Position numbers and translations under genes: made by a program. Shown in pieces: positions 61,033-64,000 of a DNA stretch of 64,000 nt; position 1 is the first letter of the stretch, and each line of letters opens with the position of its first letter. This DNA comes from Candidatus Saganbacteria bacterium (GTDB lineage Bacteria; Margulisbacteria; WOR-1; O2-12-FULL-45-9; XYB2-FULL-48-7): assembly GCA_016939335.1 (NCBI GenBank), contig JAFGHC010000002.1, forward strand, positions 2,147 to 66,146. Direction: 5' to 3'. Below the pieces are notes generated by a model that was not told where the DNA came from, made no database searches, and saw only the letters and a program-made list of their open reading frames with translations.

Positions 61033-64000
61033 TTGCTGTCCTTTAAGAGAATTTTACTCTGCTTTTTTTCCCTGCCGGTAGTTTTTTGCCTGTCGGCGCA
61101 GGCCGCGACTTATACCGTGACCAACTGCGCCGATTCCGGCGCCGGTTCCCTGCGCCAGGCGATCACCGACGCCAACGGGGCGGCGGGATCGCACACGATC
61201 GTCTTCGACATCCCGAACACAGATCCGGGCTACACGACGGAGGCGGGGGTGAGCTTTTGGCGGATCCAGCCGGCAAGTCCGCTGCCGGGCGTGACGCGGA
61301 ACGCGGTGGTGATCGACGGGCGGACGCAAACAACGAACCAGGGGAACACTAATACCCTGGGGCCGGAGATAGTGCTCGACGGTTCGGTAACTACGGCCAA
61401 CGGGATAAGCATCGAAGCGAACTATTGTACGGTGGAAGGGCTGGTGATCAACAATTTTATCAACACTTTTGGCGTTGAGGGCGATGGCGGCGATGGCGTC
61501 TGTCTTAAAGGTTCAAGCAACGAAGTGAAGGGAAATTACATCGGTACGGACGCTACCGGGACTGTGGCGGCGAAGAATTATTTGGGGGTCTTCATAGGCA
61601 CCAACGCGAAGTATAACAGGATTGGCGGGCGGGCGAGCGGGGAAGGGAACGTGATCTCCGGAAATTCTAGTAAAGGGGTTTCTATCCATGGGGCGCTATA
61701 TACTTTAACCAGTAATGAAGTAAAGGGGAATTATATCGGATTGAACGCCGCCGGCACGGCGGTGGTAACCGGCAGCCAGCAGCAAACCGGCGTTACAATT
61801 TGTGGCGGGCGCAACAAAATAGGGGGCGGCTTAACGGGGGAAGGGAACGTAATCTCGGGGAATTCTTCCTACCAAATTTACATAAACGATGGGAACAGCA
61901 ATGAAGTAAAGGGGAATTATATCGGGACAAATGCGAGCGGCACGGCAGAGGTGGGATATGGTTTTTCGGGCGGTATCTATTTAGGCGATAACGTGGTCCT
62001 TTACAACAAGATTGGGGGGAGCGTGACCGGGGAAGGGAACGTGATCTCGGGGCAGTATTACTGGGGGATTTATATTGATGCTGGCGGGAGCAACGAGGTA
62101 AAGGGGAATTATATCGGAACGAACGCGAGCGGCGCGGCGCTGGGGAATCGTCTCGGCGGTATTTACTTGGAATCATCAAAAAACATGATCGGGCCTGGGA
62201 ATGTTATTGCCTATAACGGTATCGGCCTGCTGATAACGGGCGGTGCCGTGGCGGCAAGGGACACGATCACGCAGAACTCATTTCACCACAACTACTCGGC
62301 CGGGATCGTGATAAACGCGGCCTCGAACCATGGGATTCAGCCGCCGGTGATCACGTTCGAGTCGGCGACGGTGTTGAGCGGGACGGCGACTGCGGGAGCG
62401 ACAGTGGAGGTATTTCTGGGCGATTTAGGTTATTCGGGGCTTGGGGAAGGGAAGACGTATTTAGGGGAGACGCTGGCGAACGGGAGCGGGAACTGGAGTT
62501 TTAGCTACGATTTTACGGGGTTGCCGACGGTGGTGGCGACAGCGACGAACGCGCAGGGAGACACGTCGGCCTTTTCCGCCACGTCGGAGGCGCGGCTTTT
62601 TGTGACGAACACGAACGATTCGGGGACCGGCTCGCTGCGGCAGGCGATCACCGACGCGAACATGAGAAGCATGCCGCCGACGATCGTTTTCGACATGCCG
62701 GCCAGCGACCCCGGGTACATAGCGGAGGGGAGCGGGTACGTCTGGCGGATCCAGCCGACGAGCGCCCTGCCGAGCGTGACGCGCGACGCGGTGGTGATCG
62801 ACGGAACGACGCAGACGGCGAACCGGGGGGACACCAACCCGCTGGGGCCGGAGGTAGTGCTTGATGGAACGTTGGCGGGAGTGGTTAATGGTATTAGCAT
62901 CGGAGCTAATTATTGCACGGTGGAAGGGCTGGCGATCGGCAAGTTTAGCGGAACGGACCAGGCCGGCATTTACATCAACGGCGCGAGCAACGAGGTAAAG
63001 GGGAATTATATCGGGACGAACGCTTCGGGTACGACAACGGAGGGGAATTATTACGGAATTTACGCGGAAGGCGATAACAACAGGATCGGGGGGGGAGGTG
63101 GCGTAAGCGGTGAAGGGAATGTTGTTTCTGGGAACAGTAATAATGGGATATACATTCTTTCGGGCGTGAGAAACGAGATAATGGGGAACTATATCGGGGT
63201 GAACGCGGCCGGGACTGCGGCGGTGGCCAACGGTGGGTATGGGATTCGATGCTCTTCAAGCTTAGATAAGATCGGCAGCAGCGAAAGCGGGAAGCGGAAC
63301 GTGATCTCCGGCAACAGCTCGTTTGGAATCCGCCTGGGATACCGTAGTGAGGTGAAGGGGAATTATATTGGGACGGACGCGAGCGGGCTGGCGGCAATAG
63401 GCAACACACAGGGGGGGATTTACGCGGCTTCCTCCAGAATCATGATTGGCGGCAGTCTGACCGGGGAAGGGAATGTGATTTCGGGGAACGGATCTTATGG
63501 TATTTACTTTCTCGGCGTAACCAATACGGGCAGCACGGTGGAGGGTAATTATATCGGAACAACGGCGACGGGGGAGGGAGCACTGGGGAACGGCGGGGTC
63601 GGCATTTATGCTGGCAGCAGAAGCATCCGGATCGGGCCGAACAATGTCATTGCGTACAACAAGCCTTTCATCAGCGCCGGCGTGGGCGTGGAAATGAGAT
63701 ATACCACCACTGTTTACAGCAACACGATCACGCAAAATTCGATCCATGACAACGGAAGGGGGATCATGATCCCCCTCGCCAATAACCGGGGGATCCAGCC
63801 GCCGGTGATCACGCTGGAAACGGAGAGCATTTTGGCCGGCACTGCAACGCCGGACGCGACGGTCGAGGTCTTTTTGACCGGGGCATATAATCCCGATCCC
63901 TTGCTCGGCTCGCCGGAAGGGCGGACGTATTTAGGATCAACGCAGGCGGACGGGAGCGGGAACTGGAGCTTCAGCTACAGTTTCACGCAAGGGGCGACGG
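61033..64000 (+). CDS. Large secreted right-handed parallel beta-helix (PbH1/pectate-lyase-fold) repeat protein with tandem ~500-aa modules; 5' part only (runs off window)
   Basis: RBS GAGGAGG then a TTG start. Signal peptide LLSFKRILLCFFSLPVVFCLSAQA. Module 1 (~61090-62590) and module 2 (~62590->64000) each begin TNxxDSGxGSLRQAITDAN...VFDxP..DPGY...WRIQP and contain >=8 beta-helix rungs (NEVKGNYIGTNASG / GEGNVISGNS / GIYI). Each ends ...GIQPPVIT..ATVEVFL...GSGNWSFSY.FT. Absent from the ORF track because no stop lies in the window. Confidence 0.7.
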   Translation, partial: MLSFKRILLCFFSLPVVFCLSAQAATYTVTNCADSGAGSLRQAITDANGAAGSHTIVFDIPNTDPGYTTEAGVSFWRIQPASPLPGVTRNAVVIDGRTQTTNQGNTNTLGPEIVLDGSVTTANGISIEANYCTVEGLVINNFINTFGVEGDGGDGVCLKGSSNEVKGNYIGTDATGTVAAKNYLGVFIGTNAKYNRIGGRASGEGNVISGNSSKGVSIHGALYTLTSNEVKGNYIGLNAAGTAVVTGSQQQTGVTICGGRNKIGGGLTGEGNVISGNSSYQIYINDGNSNEVKGNYIGTNASGTAEVGYGFSGGIYLGDNVVLYNKIGGSVTGEGNVISGQYYWGIYIDAGGSNEVKGNYIGTNASGAALGNRLGGIYLESSKNMIGPGNVIAYNGIGLLITGGAVAARDTITQNSFHHNYSAGIVINAASNHGIQPPVITFESATVLSGTATAGATVEVFLGDLGYSGLGEGKTYLGETLANGSGNWSFSYDFTGLPTVVATATNAQGDTSAFSATSEARLFVTNTNDSGTGSLRQAITDANMRSMPPTIVFDMPASDPGYIAEGSGYVWRIQPTSALPSVTRDAVVIDGTTQTANRGDTNPLGPEVVLDGTLAGVVNGISIGANYCTVEGLAIGKFSGTDQAGIYINGASNEVKGNYIGTNASGTTTEGNYYGIYAEGDNNRIGGGGGVSGEGNVVSGNSNNGIYILSGVRNEIMGNYIGVNAAGTAAVANGGYGIRCSSSLDKIGSSESGKRNVISGNSSFGIRLGYRSEVKGNYIGTDASGLAAIGNTQGGIYAASSRIMIGGSLTGEGNVISGNGSYGIYFLGVTNTGSTVEGNYIGTTATGEGALGNGGVGIYAGSRSIRIGPNNVIAYNKPFISAGVGVEMRYTTTVYSNTITQNSIHDNGRGIMIPLANNRGIQPPVITLETESILAGTATPDATVEVFLTGAYNPDPLLGSPEGRTYLGSTQADGSGNWSFSYSFTQGAT

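Noticed and set aside
61054-63747. Short minus-strand ORFs (61054..61329, 61793..62179, 62505..62900, 62975..63409, 63262..63747) and apparent DNA tandem repeats, considered as possible CRISPR or repeat array
   Set aside because: The ~1.5-kb periodicity comes from protein modules of the beta-helix gene on the plus strand. It lacks short identical repeats with unique spacers, and no cas genes are present.

Overview
GC-rich (~63-66% GC) chromosomal segment from a diderm bacterium. Diderm evidence: an Omp85/TamB pair, two FadL-like outer-membrane beta-barrels, and SLH domains. Most of the window is housekeeping genes in conserved clusters. The minus-strand ilvD and ilvB genes are split by an AT-rich restriction-modification island. 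Then comes a GGDEF protein, aroC, and a Firmicutes/Thermotoga-style rpsP-KH-ylqD-trmD-SPOUT(TM1570-like)-rplS-lepB-rnhB-yraN-yifB cluster with no rimM. A short accessory patch follows (DUF3276 protein, two tandem paralogous RHH proteins, small ORFs), then DUF1015, a P-type ATPase and parB-parA-rsmG. Next are Omp85(TamA/BamA)-TamB, a FadL-like OMP, gmk-rpoZ-coaBC, and an FmdB zinc ribbon followed by an AT-rich AlbA_2/Schlafen-like gene. After these come priA-def-fmt and nrdR with two tandem paralogous class III RNR genes (nrdD) plus a glutaredoxin-like gene. The remainder is a phosphodiester-glycosidase gene, ispH, a glycogen synthase, dapL-dapF, queD, murI, an amidase, the CCA enzyme, a GT-C membrane glycosyltransferase, an alpha-oxoamine synthase, a sensor kinase with a stand-alone receiver, DUF4015, DUF378, a FadL-like barrel carrying C-terminal SLH domains, and the start of a giant tandem-modular beta-helix surface protein. 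No rRNA, tRNA or CRISPR was seen. Main unexplained signals: (i) three horizontally acquired low-GC insertions (the R-M island with a PLD-family REase and Vsr; the AlbA_2 gene; possibly the AOS region); (ii) heptanucleotide tandem repeats, often in-frame inside essential genes (aroC, trmD, nrdD, priA, amidase, rsmG start) and in intergenic DNA; (iii) a ~52-bp REP-like element in two copies with compensatory changes in its hairpin; (iv) nrdR followed by duplicated nrdD with no nrdG nearby; (v) unusual envelope proteins.
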